DNA of 64,000 nt. It comes from a virus (Duplodnaviria; Caudoviricetes). The stretch is taken from positions 2,098 through 66,097 of IMG/VR virus record IMGVR_UViG_3300050138_000573; one strand, 5' to 3'. Positions within the stretch are counted from its first letter, which is position 1; the number at the start of each line of letters is the position of its first letter. Shown one piece after another: positions 27,848 to 36,696 of the stretch. Both the position numbers and the translations under genes were made by a program. The notes beneath the pieces are model-generated. The model did no database searches and was not told the DNA's origin. It saw only the letters and a program-made list of their open reading frames with translations.

Positions 27848-29332
27848 TTAGACAATCACCGGCAGCCCCAACTCGGGGTAGCTGATGGCGCTGCGAAGGC
27901 GGACGTAGCCCGGATATTTGTTCGAGACGTTCTTGCGGAGCGCCTGACCGAAGACCGAGGTGATATACTTGCGGGTTTCGAAGCCGCCATCCACCACCCA
28001 CTGCGACCGCTGATTGCGCATCGAGCCGTAACCGCGGATGACCGCCGAGGCGCCCATCATCACGGTGTCACCAATCGGCACACCGTAGCTGTTGCAGAGC
28101 AGGATCGTCGAACCGATGGGGTGGACATTCGTGTGGCGACCAGCCCAGACGCCGGCGTTCCAAGTGACATTGCCGACCGTGACCAGTGAGACTGGACCGT
28201 TCTGCACGGACGACAAACGCTGGTTGACCGTGATGAGATTGCCCGTGTTGCCGGTCGTGTAGCCGTACATGCCGACGTTGCCCGGATCAACCAAAGCGTT
28301 CTTTGGGTTGACGATGAGCAAATACTGCTGGGTCGTGCCCGGCGTGAAGATGTCATTCGGCAGGAATTCGAAGGCGTAGTTCGGGAAGAACCGGAAATAC
28401 TGGATGTTCGTCTTCGCCGCAGCCGCGGCCGAGCCGCCGCCGAGGATGTTGAACGCCGCAGTGCCGGCCGCGATCGCGGCGCCCGTGAACGCCTTCGCGT
28501 TGAACCAGGAACCCACCGGGCCGTAGCCGTCGTGGTCGATCGGGTTGTATTCGCGGATGGAGTGCCCGTCGAGTTCGGCGTAGCCGCCCGAGAAGAGCGG
28601 ATTCTCGTCGTACTTTTCACGGGGCATCGCGTCTTTCATGATGAGCTTGTAGTCTGAATCCTGCTTGAGCGAGAAGAGGCCCGGGGTCGTGCCGACCACG
28701 AGATACTTCATGACCGGCGTGCCACGAATCGTGGCCACTTCGCAGGGCATGCCGCCGAGGGGCTTCAAAGCCTGCCCCATCAGGAGGATGTCGTCGTAGG
28801 TCAGACCGTCCGCGGTCTTGAGCAGGCTTTCGTCGGAGACGCCTCCGCCGATGAGCAGATTCTCCGGCCCACCCTTGAGCACAAACGTCATGCCGAGACG
28901 GGCGCTCTTTTCGCGCCCCATCCACTTGCCGAGTTCCTCGGCCTGGCCGCTCGCGAGTTCGCCCTGCATGCCCATATACTCATCGGTGCGCTGCGTGATT
29001 GAAGTGGCGTTGCGGAGGTAGTCCGCGTCCACTTCGTTCGAATTGATGATGTCTTCCTCGAAGTCAGCTTCGTCATTGAAGAGATCATCGCCCGACTTGC
29101 CGGGACCGTAGTAGCCGGCGCGGGACGTGATGCGGAATTTGAGACCCTTGCCAACCGACGTGTCGTTGATGACACGAACGGACGAGTTTTTCGACGTGCC
29201 TTCGAACTGCGCGAAGAAATCCTCGGTTTGGTCGCAAATATCGACCGTTTTCTGCCAGAGAATGCGAACTGATTCAGGCGAGAGTGCTTCCATCGCCGCG
29301 CCCGTGTTGGGCGTACCCATTTGCCAAGACAT
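27848..29332 (-). CDS. major capsid protein (DUF4043/N4-gp56-like)
   Basis: 494 aa after scaffold; DTSVGKG.K.....AG..GPG..GD, LRNA, NPLFSG....LDG..I, ..G..A..RGYG motifs. Confidence 0.8.
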   Translation of the reverse strand: MSWQMGTPNTGAAMEALSPESVRILWQKTVDICDQTEDFFAQFEGTSKNSSVRVINDTSVGKGLKFRITSRAGYYGPGKSGDDLFNDEADFEEDIINSNEVDADYLRNATSITQRTDEYMGMQGELASGQAEELGKWMGREKSARLGMTFVLKGGPENLLIGGGVSDESLLKTADGLTYDDILLMGQALKPLGGMPCEVATIRGTPVMKYLVVGTTPGLFSLKQDSDYKLIMKDAMPREKYDENPLFSGGYAELDGHSIREYNPIDHDGYGPVGSWFNAKAFTGAAIAAGTAAFNILGGGSAAAAAKTNIQYFRFFPNYAFEFLPNDIFTPGTTQQYLLIVNPKNALVDPGNVGMYGYTTGNTGNLITVNQRLSSVQNGPVSLVTVGNVTWNAGVWAGRHTNVHPIGSTILLCNSYGVPIGDTVMMGASAVIRGYGSMRNQRSQWVVDGGFETRKYITSVFGQALRKNVSNKYPGYVRLRSAISYPELGLPVIV

Positions 29333-29405
29333 TGTGAGAAGAGATTAAGTTTTCCCGGCTGCCTGCCAGGGGAGGGCATAATCGCTACGTCTTGGCCGAA
29401 CCTGT

Positions 29406-30581
29406 TTAACCTGCGATACCCAGCTCTTTCTGGATTTTTCTCAGGTCGCCCATGTTCTTGATGCCTTCAAACTTAGCGGTTTCTGCTTGGACTGTCGCTG
29501 CGGATGCTGGAGTTGTCCGACTACCACCGGACGGCAGGATTCCTTTCTTGGCGGCGGGTGCGACCGGGGTTGCGGGCGCTGCGGCCTTGGCCGGCGCGGC
29601 TCCCTTTCTACGCGGCGCGATTTTGAGTTCGCGCCCCACCATCTGTGCGATGATACGCGCCTTGTCCGGGTCGTAGTAGGTTTGATCGTTCGTGGCCTTC
29701 ATGGTGGCCTCGATTTCGATCATCCGCTTATGACCCTCGCTTTTGGCGTCGCTCACAAAATCATATAGTTCAGCCGCTTGTGCTTCCGACTGAGAGAATC
29801 TCTCGTCGTATTGCACCTGCTCCTGAACCCGTGCTTGTTCACCCTGGCGAACGAGATCGGAACGGTGGCGGTCGAGCCGCCGAATCTGCCGGTCAATCTT
29901 GTCGCTATCCTCGAAGCGTAGATCAGTGATCGCCTTGGTCCGCTCTTCCTCGAGCCTGGCGGTGGCGGAATCAACCGCGTCCACAGTCTGGGGGAGATCG
30001 GCGTTGGGCTTGGGGGCGGCGGGTGTCGCGGTGGCAGCTTCGGGCTGTACCCCAAGCTGATTGCGGGCGGCGGCCGTCGCTTCATCCCATGTCATGTCCC
30101 GATTGCGCTGCAAATACGCAGCGGCCAACCGGCCAACCTGATCGTCCTCTCTGGGCCGGATCCGAATTTTCTTTGCCGTGCTGGGGGTGACAGGGCCATC
30201 AGCCTCGTCTCCCTCAGCGGGTTCTTCATCGGGTTCGGCGGGTGTTTCAGCTTCAGCGGCCGGCTCTTCTGCAGCGGGCTCGGCGGGAGTTTCCTCCGCG
30301 GCGGGTGCCTCGTCTGCCTTTTTTGCCGGGGCGGGTTTCCCATCATCCTCGGCGGCGGCTGGCTTTTTGCTGTCGGCATTAACGGGCGGCTTGTTGAGGT
30401 TCCGCAGCTTTTCAGTCGCGCTCCTCAACTCGGCCGGCGTTTTCGCCTCACGAACTTCCTTGTTAAAAGTTTCCTGCTTTTCTGTCAATGAACTGGGAGC
30501 GGCTGGCGCTTCCGTGGTAGCAACTGTCGGTTCTGCGGGAGCAGTAACCGGGGCAGAACCCTCGGCGGCTGTTGAACTCAT
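29406..30581 (-). CDS. capsid scaffolding protein
   Basis: A/E/P-rich N-half, coiled coil, directly upstream of MCP; TTGACT 36 nt before ATG. Confidence 0.7.
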   Translation of the reverse strand: MSSTAAEGSAPVTAPAEPTVATTEAPAAPSSLTEKQETFNKEVREAKTPAELRSATEKLRNLNKPPVNADSKKPAAAEDDGKPAPAKKADEAPAAEETPAEPAAEEPAAEAETPAEPDEEPAEGDEADGPVTPSTAKKIRIRPREDDQVGRLAAAYLQRNRDMTWDEATAAARNQLGVQPEAATATPAAPKPNADLPQTVDAVDSATARLEEERTKAITDLRFEDSDKIDRQIRRLDRHRSDLVRQGEQARVQEQVQYDERFSQSEAQAAELYDFVSDAKSEGHKRMIEIEATMKATNDQTYYDPDKARIIAQMVGRELKIAPRRKGAAPAKAAAPATPVAPAAKKGILPSGGSRTTPASAATVQAETAKFEGIKNMGDLRKIQKELGIAG

Positions 30582-30694
30582 GGATGGCTTTTCGTGCAAA
30601 ACGACACAGACAGTCAACGCCATAATGGCCCACTCGCCCGAGGGGTGGGCGAAATGGCGTTGCGGAATGCCCGAATTTCGGATTCCCCTCAGCC

Positions 30695-31177
30695 GTGGAC
30701 GCTGCATTTCAGATCGGAGTTTACTCGATTACAAACCGAGCAAACGGCAAACGATATGTGGGCGTCACCTCGATTGATTTCCGAGTACGATGGCATCAAC
30801 ACAGAATTGATCTTCGCAAAGGAAGACACTGCAATAAGGGGCTTCAGGCGGATTGGAATAAAGTCGGCGAGAGCTCTTTCGAGTTTGCGATTCTCGAGGT
30901 CTGCTCGGCCGCTGACTGCAAATCAAAGGAGCAGGCTGCAATCCGTGATCTCAACGCTAGGAATCCCAACTTTGGATATAACATTGGGACGACCTATCAT
31001 AAATGCACGCCGGAGCGCGCACACGCAACGAGCGTCAGGTTTCGCGCGTGGTGGTCGGATCCCAATAATCGCGAGCAGTACAAAATTAACCAAACGCGGC
31101 GGTTGGCGCTCGGTCGATGGATTAAACGCCACCTCGGCATGAAACCCTCAACCATTGACTGGGAAGTAGCTGCATGA
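30695..31177 (+). CDS. GIY-YIG homing endonuclease
   Basis: GVYSITNRANGKRYVG...RW..H...L....H.N..LQ.DWN, FEFAILE, GYNI. Confidence 0.88.
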   Translation: MDAAFQIGVYSITNRANGKRYVGVTSIDFRVRWHQHRIDLRKGRHCNKGLQADWNKVGESSFEFAILEVCSAADCKSKEQAAIRDLNARNPNFGYNIGTTYHKCTPERAHATSVRFRAWWSDPNNREQYKINQTRRLALGRWIKRHLGMKPSTIDWEVAA

Positions 31178-33027
31178 AGATCGACCTCCAAAATCGCGCA
31201 CCGACTGTCACGCGCCTGCACGACTTTCGGCAGCGTGTGGAACGAAAGTGGGACGTGCTCAATTTCGTTCCGAAAACTCCACAGGAAATTTTGGACACCT
31301 GCTGGCTTCCGCTCGGCAGCGTCGATGACGAATATACGGATTGTTATCTCGTCGATCAAAAGGTGGTCGGCGAATTGGGTCCGTATGAAGATCCACAGAA
31401 AGAGCCGCCAGTCCTGTTGCGCGTGTACGAGCAACTCGATGGCCTTAACGAAACGCTCGTCGGTTCGCCGGACGTAATCATCGGTCAAGACGGATTAACG
31501 ATCGTCACGCTGCATTACTTACAACTCGAGCTAGGCACGGCGATCTACAAAATTCCAGGCACTGCCGTTTGTCCTGCACCGCACGACAACTGTGTTTTGC
31601 GTGATGAAAAACGTACTGACGATGGGACCCTCAGAACAATCGACAGGACGTACATATCGAGTGGCCTGATTTCCGAAACCGACGAGATCCACAACAACGG
31701 CGCGTTGTTGATGAAAACTTTGGTGTATGTAAACGAGACCGCGCCAACGCCGAGTGGCTATACGTTGATTTCGACAAAGACTGAGTATCCGGGCGGCCTG
31801 CCTGTGACCACCACGGTCTGGGCCAAAGGCACCGGGCAGGTTTCCTACCAGACCGAGTATCGGCTTTCACCTGACCAGGGCACGACTGGCGTGACCGTGA
31901 CGACGATCAAATATCTGACGACGCCATTGGTGAATGCCAATCCAATCACACCACCCGCGAGCTCGGTTGAAATCTCTGTGACCTACGAGGAATCAGAAGG
32001 GCATCGCGTGTGGACGGCGATCTACGCGTCAGGTCAGGGTACCATCGCGACTGACCTATCCATCGAGAATTTCGGGAAACTCGTTCTCTACAATATCACT
32101 TCGATCAACGCGCCGCCGAGCGCGCCGGCGCCGACCATCGGTGGCACGGTCACGCTAATCAAATCGTCGCAGCGCAACGGCACGCGTTTCGAGGACGGCA
32201 CCGTGATGTACGACTACGATTGGGCTGAGGGCCAGGGCGTCATCGACCAGCGCATCCAGACGCGCGATGGCGGGCTGAGGCTTGAGACGTGGGTTTCGCT
32301 CGGCGTTGCCTACGATCCCAGCTTCATGCTGCCTTTGGGTATTCTGGTGATGAAGGACCAGGAATTGGTCCGCGGCACGATGCGTTTTACCGTGTCGTGT
32401 ATGCAAAACGCGGCCGGCACCGATCCGACTGTTGGCACCGCACTTCAGTTTAACGACAAGCACCCGTTCCGCTATCCCGGCCGGGCGAAGGCTTATGTGA
32501 AGTCGTTCATCGCGATCGCGCCGGATGCCACTTCGTTCACCGCCCACGCCTACGATGTCTTTCTGTCGCCGCCGGTGGACCTCGAGGTGGATGCCACGGT
32601 TGATGTGACCTACGCCACTGACTCCACGCTTTCGCTTGGCACCGCGTTCTGGAATCCGGATAGCTGGGCGACGGTGGTGGCGGCGTGGGAAACCTACGAC
32701 ATCCGCCCGATCTCGGTCGTCCAGACCCACACCGGCTATCGTGCGGTCAGCCCCGGCCTGGTGCTCAACTTCACGGCCGGCACGGAAATCTCCAGCGGTG
32801 GTACAGTCATCCTCACCGGCGTTAATACGAGTTGTATGGGCCAGCGCGTTTACGGCACATCATCGGGATCGATCGTCGTGTACGGTGGTCCCCCAGCCCC
32901 GGATTATCGAACTTGGTATCTCGCCGCGCGCGTTGAACTGGCGTTCACCGGCCTTGATGGCACGCAGTATTTCCGCAAGACGCTCGTTTCCGCAACCATT
33001 CCAGGCCAGAGTGCGCTGCCTGTTTGA
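31174..33027 (+). CDS. 617-aa Thr/Gly-rich beta-protein, probable virion/tail component
   Basis: composition typical of structural proteins; 6 Cys; no signal peptide. Confidence 0.7.
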   Translation: MKIDLQNRAPTVTRLHDFRQRVERKWDVLNFVPKTPQEILDTCWLPLGSVDDEYTDCYLVDQKVVGELGPYEDPQKEPPVLLRVYEQLDGLNETLVGSPDVIIGQDGLTIVTLHYLQLELGTAIYKIPGTAVCPAPHDNCVLRDEKRTDDGTLRTIDRTYISSGLISETDEIHNNGALLMKTLVYVNETAPTPSGYTLISTKTEYPGGLPVTTTVWAKGTGQVSYQTEYRLSPDQGTTGVTVTTIKYLTTPLVNANPITPPASSVEISVTYEESEGHRVWTAIYASGQGTIATDLSIENFGKLVLYNITSINAPPSAPAPTIGGTVTLIKSSQRNGTRFEDGTVMYDYDWAEGQGVIDQRIQTRDGGLRLETWVSLGVAYDPSFMLPLGILVMKDQELVRGTMRFTVSCMQNAAGTDPTVGTALQFNDKHPFRYPGRAKAYVKSFIAIAPDATSFTAHAYDVFLSPPVDLEVDATVDVTYATDSTLSLGTAFWNPDSWATVVAAWETYDIRPISVVQTHTGYRAVSPGLVLNFTAGTEISSGGTVILTGVNTSCMGQRVYGTSSGSIVVYGGPPAPDYRTWYLAARVELAFTGLDGTQYFRKTLVSATIPGQSALPV

Positions 33028-33029
33028 AT

Positions 33030-33464
33030 ATGGCATCTGAAGATGATATTCCCACTCCGCCATTTGTTAAGCCTGTCTCGCAGAGGGACAGCTTTCAGGA
33101 TGACAGTGCGGACTACAACGAGCAGCCACCTGCCGATGTGCCGTCACCCGGCGGAACCTATGTCAGTGGCTATATAAAATCCACGACGCCCGAGGATCAT
33201 CAGCGGCGCGTGCCGAATGTGCCGTTCTCGGTGCCGGTTTCGAAGAAGAATCGGCTCGTGCCCAGGTATGAGGTAGAGGGCACCCCGGCGGCATCGAACA
33301 ACACTGATTCCAGTTCATCGGGCGGCGGGGGTGGCGGGGGCGGCACGCCTGATCCATCGATCCTCACCCAGCTTCAGATTTTCCAGAGCATGTTCGATTG
33401 CTTTAACATCGTGTGCGACGAATCCGGCACCTTGTCCTGGTCGTTCGATTGCGACGACTCGTAA
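33030..33464 (+). CDS. acidic protein with Gly linker and Cys-containing C-terminus
   Basis: ...DCFNIVCDESGTLSWSFDCDDS; stop abuts next ATG. Confidence 0.65.
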   Translation: MASEDDIPTPPFVKPVSQRDSFQDDSADYNEQPPADVPSPGGTYVSGYIKSTTPEDHQRRVPNVPFSVPVSKKNRLVPRYEVEGTPAASNNTDSSSSGGGGGGGGTPDPSILTQLQIFQSMFDCFNIVCDESGTLSWSFDCDDS

Positions 33465-34358
33465 ATGCCCACTTCCGGCACCACTGACAACCCGTGCGTC
33501 TGCTGCGCGGGTCTCATTCCCATATCGATGCTGTGCCGTCAACGCGGGGGCACCGCTTCGTTGGTGGGATGCTCAGCCTACACATCACCAAGCAGCCCAC
33601 CAAAGAAATATCGGCGCGCACAACTTTCCGGTTCATCAACCTCGGACGAATGGACTAACCAGTTTTGCTCCGGGCCGTTTGATGCGGGAACAGTAACGTG
33701 TGTTTATACTGGATTTATTCAATATGATGCGGGCACCGGACTTCCGACGACGGGAGGTTCGACGGTTTGCAACGGCGTCCCTATCGGCACCGGCGCTGCA
33801 TGCGGCACTTTTGCGGAACAGTGCAATGTCACCTACACCTACACGCCCACAACAGCCACGCGTGTCGATACCGCTAACTGTTGCATTCAACCTAACGGGA
33901 ATTACCTGAAATCACGCGCGTCTGCCGAGAGTTTTGTCGCGACACTCTCCGATGAAGACACGAACGATGACGCGATTGCCCGCCTGCTCGCTGGCGCCGG
34001 CGGAACGTGGGGCGGCTGGAGTGCAACAGCCAACGATGGATCGGCCTGCGCGCCTTCGGTGTGCTGCTTGGCGCAGTGGTCGATTCGCACGACAGGGTTC
34101 GACATCGCCTACAACGAAGCGCAATTCCGTGTTGACGGGACTTCGGCAGGGCTAACCCCCCTCACCAACTACACCATCAAGGTCGATATTTACCGGCGCG
34201 TGTCCGGTTCTCTCGGCGCCTACACGCTTTTCGAAACTCAAGACTTTCCGATCACTACGGATGCTGATGGCAACTTCGCCTTTTTTGATGGCGACGTGCC
34301 GAACGATGAGGGGTTTCAAACTTTTTCGTCCCGAGCTTACGCGGTCCTGGCGCCATGA
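33465..34358 (+). CDS. cysteine-rich protein (15 Cys), putative disulfide-bonded virion protein
   Basis: CVCC, NCC, VCC clusters; no signal peptide. Confidence 0.8.
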   Translation: MPTSGTTDNPCVCCAGLIPISMLCRQRGGTASLVGCSAYTSPSSPPKKYRRAQLSGSSTSDEWTNQFCSGPFDAGTVTCVYTGFIQYDAGTGLPTTGGSTVCNGVPIGTGAACGTFAEQCNVTYTYTPTTATRVDTANCCIQPNGNYLKSRASAESFVATLSDEDTNDDAIARLLAGAGGTWGGWSATANDGSACAPSVCCLAQWSIRTTGFDIAYNEAQFRVDGTSAGLTPLTNYTIKVDIYRRVSGSLGAYTLFETQDFPITTDADGNFAFFDGDVPNDEGFQTFSSRAYAVLAP

Positions 34359-34789
34359 TCCGTCTGCCATCAAAGATTACGCTCCACGCGCCGCACCTCG
34401 CGGGGAAGCCCTTGATGCAGGGTCCCAATCTGCCGGTGCCCGTCGTCGCAGCCAAGCCTGCGATCAGGGGCAAAATCCCCAACACGCCTTCGACCTGGCC
34501 TGAACTTCATAAACGCGCGCTGTCGCACGAGGGAAAGAATGACCTGTTGTGGTTGATGATGTTTGGTGCACGCATTGCGGGTAGCTGCGCCTGTCGCGAG
34601 AGTTGGAAAAAGGAGCTCATGATGCTGCCTCCGGACTTCAAAAACTATTTCTTCTGGTCGGTGGCGATTCACAACATGGTCAATGTGCGGTTGGGCAAAC
34701 CGCAGGTGAACGTCGATGAGGCGCGGAAAATCTGGGCTACCCCATCCCCGGCTGCCCCTGTCCTCCCTGAGCTGCCGGCTGCGTCGTGA
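34355..34789 (+). CDS. Erv/ALR-family FAD-dependent sulfhydryl oxidase-like protein
   Basis: WPELH helix, SCACRESW dithiol, FFWSVAIHNMVNVRLGKP (WxxxxHNxVN FAD motif). Confidence 0.8.
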   Translation: MIRLPSKITLHAPHLAGKPLMQGPNLPVPVVAAKPAIRGKIPNTPSTWPELHKRALSHEGKNDLLWLMMFGARIAGSCACRESWKKELMMLPPDFKNYFFWSVAIHNMVNVRLGKPQVNVDEARKIWATPSPAAPVLPELPAAS

Positions 34790-35054
34790 GGATCTGCCGG
34801 CACGCGGTTTCGTCCTCGACCATCATCGTGTCGATGAGCCAGTCGTATTCCAGCAGGATGAGCCGAAGAGCCTCGCGCTTGTCCTTATCCACCTTGGTCG
34901 GCGGATCGTGCAGAAAGCTCCGTGCACACGAATCCCGCCGTTGTTTCACCCGCCGCAGCCAATAGGCGTTGAACGCCTCGGCCTCCCGCAACGTCCGGAT
35001 GTAATTCAGGTCGCGCTGCGCGTGCTGCTTGGAGCGGAGGGGTTCGTTGCTCAC
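34737..35054 (-). CDS. hypothetical protein
   Basis: GTGA-coupled to GT9; converges on and overlaps the oxidase gene. Confidence 0.55.
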   Translation of the reverse strand: MSNEPLRSKQHAQRDLNYIRTLREAEAFNAYWLRRVKQRRDSCARSFLHDPPTKVDKDKREALRLILLEYDWLIDTMMVEDETACRQILTTQPAAQGGQGQPGMG

Positions 35055-36184
35055 GTGACGAGTTTGAGTTCAAACTTTTTCGCGATCCGTTCCAGCCGTT
35101 CCACGATCGTCTCCGGCTTGATCGACTCAAGCACTTCGCACAGGCCGCGCGCTTTACTCGGGCAGTTGTCGGGAAAATAATTCCGCTTGGTCGGGATAGC
35201 GTGGTGAAAGCACGGCGCGCACTTCCCACTGCCACTGAGCGCCACGGTCGTAGGGCAGTAGCGTGTGCGGAGATCAGCGGGGAACGGCCCATAGAGACCG
35301 ACCGCGGGGATGCTGAGGGCGCCGGCGATGTGCAACAGGGCCGAGTCCGCGCCGAGGAACACGTCGGCATTGTTGATAACGGCACAGCTTTGGCGAAAAG
35401 TCAGGCCGGCGGCCGCGAGATTGCGGAGGGATGCCGTCTCCTCGATTTTGATCTCACCTTTCTGGCCCATCAGGAAGACCTCCCAGCCTTTCTTCACGAG
35501 TTTATCGACTACCTCGCCCATTTTTTGGATTGGGTAGGTGCGGCAGTGGGCGCTCGTGCCGACCTGGATGCAGATACGCCGCGAGCCAACCACGCGCGGA
35601 TACTGCTCCATGACCCAGATGGACTCATTCTCGGTGACGGCGTAGGCCGGCTTCTTGTCGAGGATTGCCGGCGGCCCTTTGCCGAGCAGCGACAGATCGC
35701 GCACGCTGCCCTTGAGCCCGGTGATTTCGGCGAAGAGGTCAGTCATGTGCAGTTGCTTCGCGCGCGGATTGCGCTCGATCGCGTTCTCGAAAATAACCTG
35801 CGCATCGTAGCTGTTGAAAGCGGCCGCGGGCACCGGGTCTTGGATGATTTCATCGATGAACGGCAAATTCTGAAGAACCTGCTGGTAGTGCTTCATGGTC
35901 GCCACCCCGATGAAACACTTCGGCCAGCGCCGCTTGATCTCGCGAAGCACGGGCGTCAGCAGCACCAGGTCGCCAAAGCCACCGATCCGCACGAACAGGA
36001 CGCGTTTTCCGTTCCAGTCCTTGTCCTCGTCGAATAGCTTCCCCATGTCCACGGCGCGCATCGTACCACCGCCGGCGTGCGTCACGAGTTGGGCAGCCGA
36101 CAGATCCTCGGTAATGTATTCCCCAGCGGGGATGACGTAGCTCGGCGTGAAAACAACCGGGTCTTTGAGAGTCAGGTGGTGCAT
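35051..36184 (-). CDS. glycosyltransferase family 9 (heptosyltransferase-like)
   Basis: RIGGFGDLVLLTPVLREIK..WP; FLGADSALLHIAGAL.IP.VGLYGP; CAPC. Confidence 0.9.
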   Translation of the reverse strand: MHHLTLKDPVVFTPSYVIPAGEYITEDLSAAQLVTHAGGGTMRAVDMGKLFDEDKDWNGKRVLFVRIGGFGDLVLLTPVLREIKRRWPKCFIGVATMKHYQQVLQNLPFIDEIIQDPVPAAAFNSYDAQVIFENAIERNPRAKQLHMTDLFAEITGLKGSVRDLSLLGKGPPAILDKKPAYAVTENESIWVMEQYPRVVGSRRICIQVGTSAHCRTYPIQKMGEVVDKLVKKGWEVFLMGQKGEIKIEETASLRNLAAAGLTFRQSCAVINNADVFLGADSALLHIAGALSIPAVGLYGPFPADLRTRYCPTTVALSGSGKCAPCFHHAIPTKRNYFPDNCPSKARGLCEVLESIKPETIVERLERIAKKFELKLVT

Positions 36185-36492
36185 GAGTATTTTGCGCGCG
36201 GATAGGCGACGAGGAATGAGATGTTTATGCCAAAGATGTAGAATTGGAGAGCATGATAGCGCAGCGGCGGCTCAACCCCGTCGTAAATCACAAACCGTGA
36301 GCGGAGGAAACGCCGGGTTCCACGAACAAGTTTAACTTGGTCTGGAGGCGCCGGATTTTCGCATCTTTGGCTCGCTGCGATCTGCAATGAGATTTGCGGT
36401 CGGTATTTCTTGGCTCCGCTTACCGTCCTCCAAGTCGCGTTGGACAGATTATACTGCTTGAGCCACCGATAGGGCCTTGTCGCTTCCATCAT
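36172..36492 (-). CDS. hypothetical protein
   Basis: 106 aa; TTGACC 36 nt upstream of ATG, matching other promoters. Confidence 0.45.
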   Translation of the reverse strand: MMEATRPYRWLKQYNLSNATWRTVSGAKKYRPQISLQIAASQRCENPAPPDQVKLVRGTRRFLRSRFVIYDGVEPPLRYHALQFYIFGINISFLVAYPRAKYSCTT

Positions 36493-36696
36493 TCCGGTGA
36501 AATCACTCCCAAACGCTCACCCGGTCAATCCTTTTTCACAGCCTAATGAATTTGCCAACATGCCGGATTATCCGGCCGAGAGGCCCGCGTGGCGGGGAAA
36601 ACCGCCCCTCATATCCCGTCCGGCATGGATTTGCCTTAACCATTCAGTTACCAGCCGTCTGCGTCGCAGCGCACCTGCGTAGATGTTGGTTAAAGA

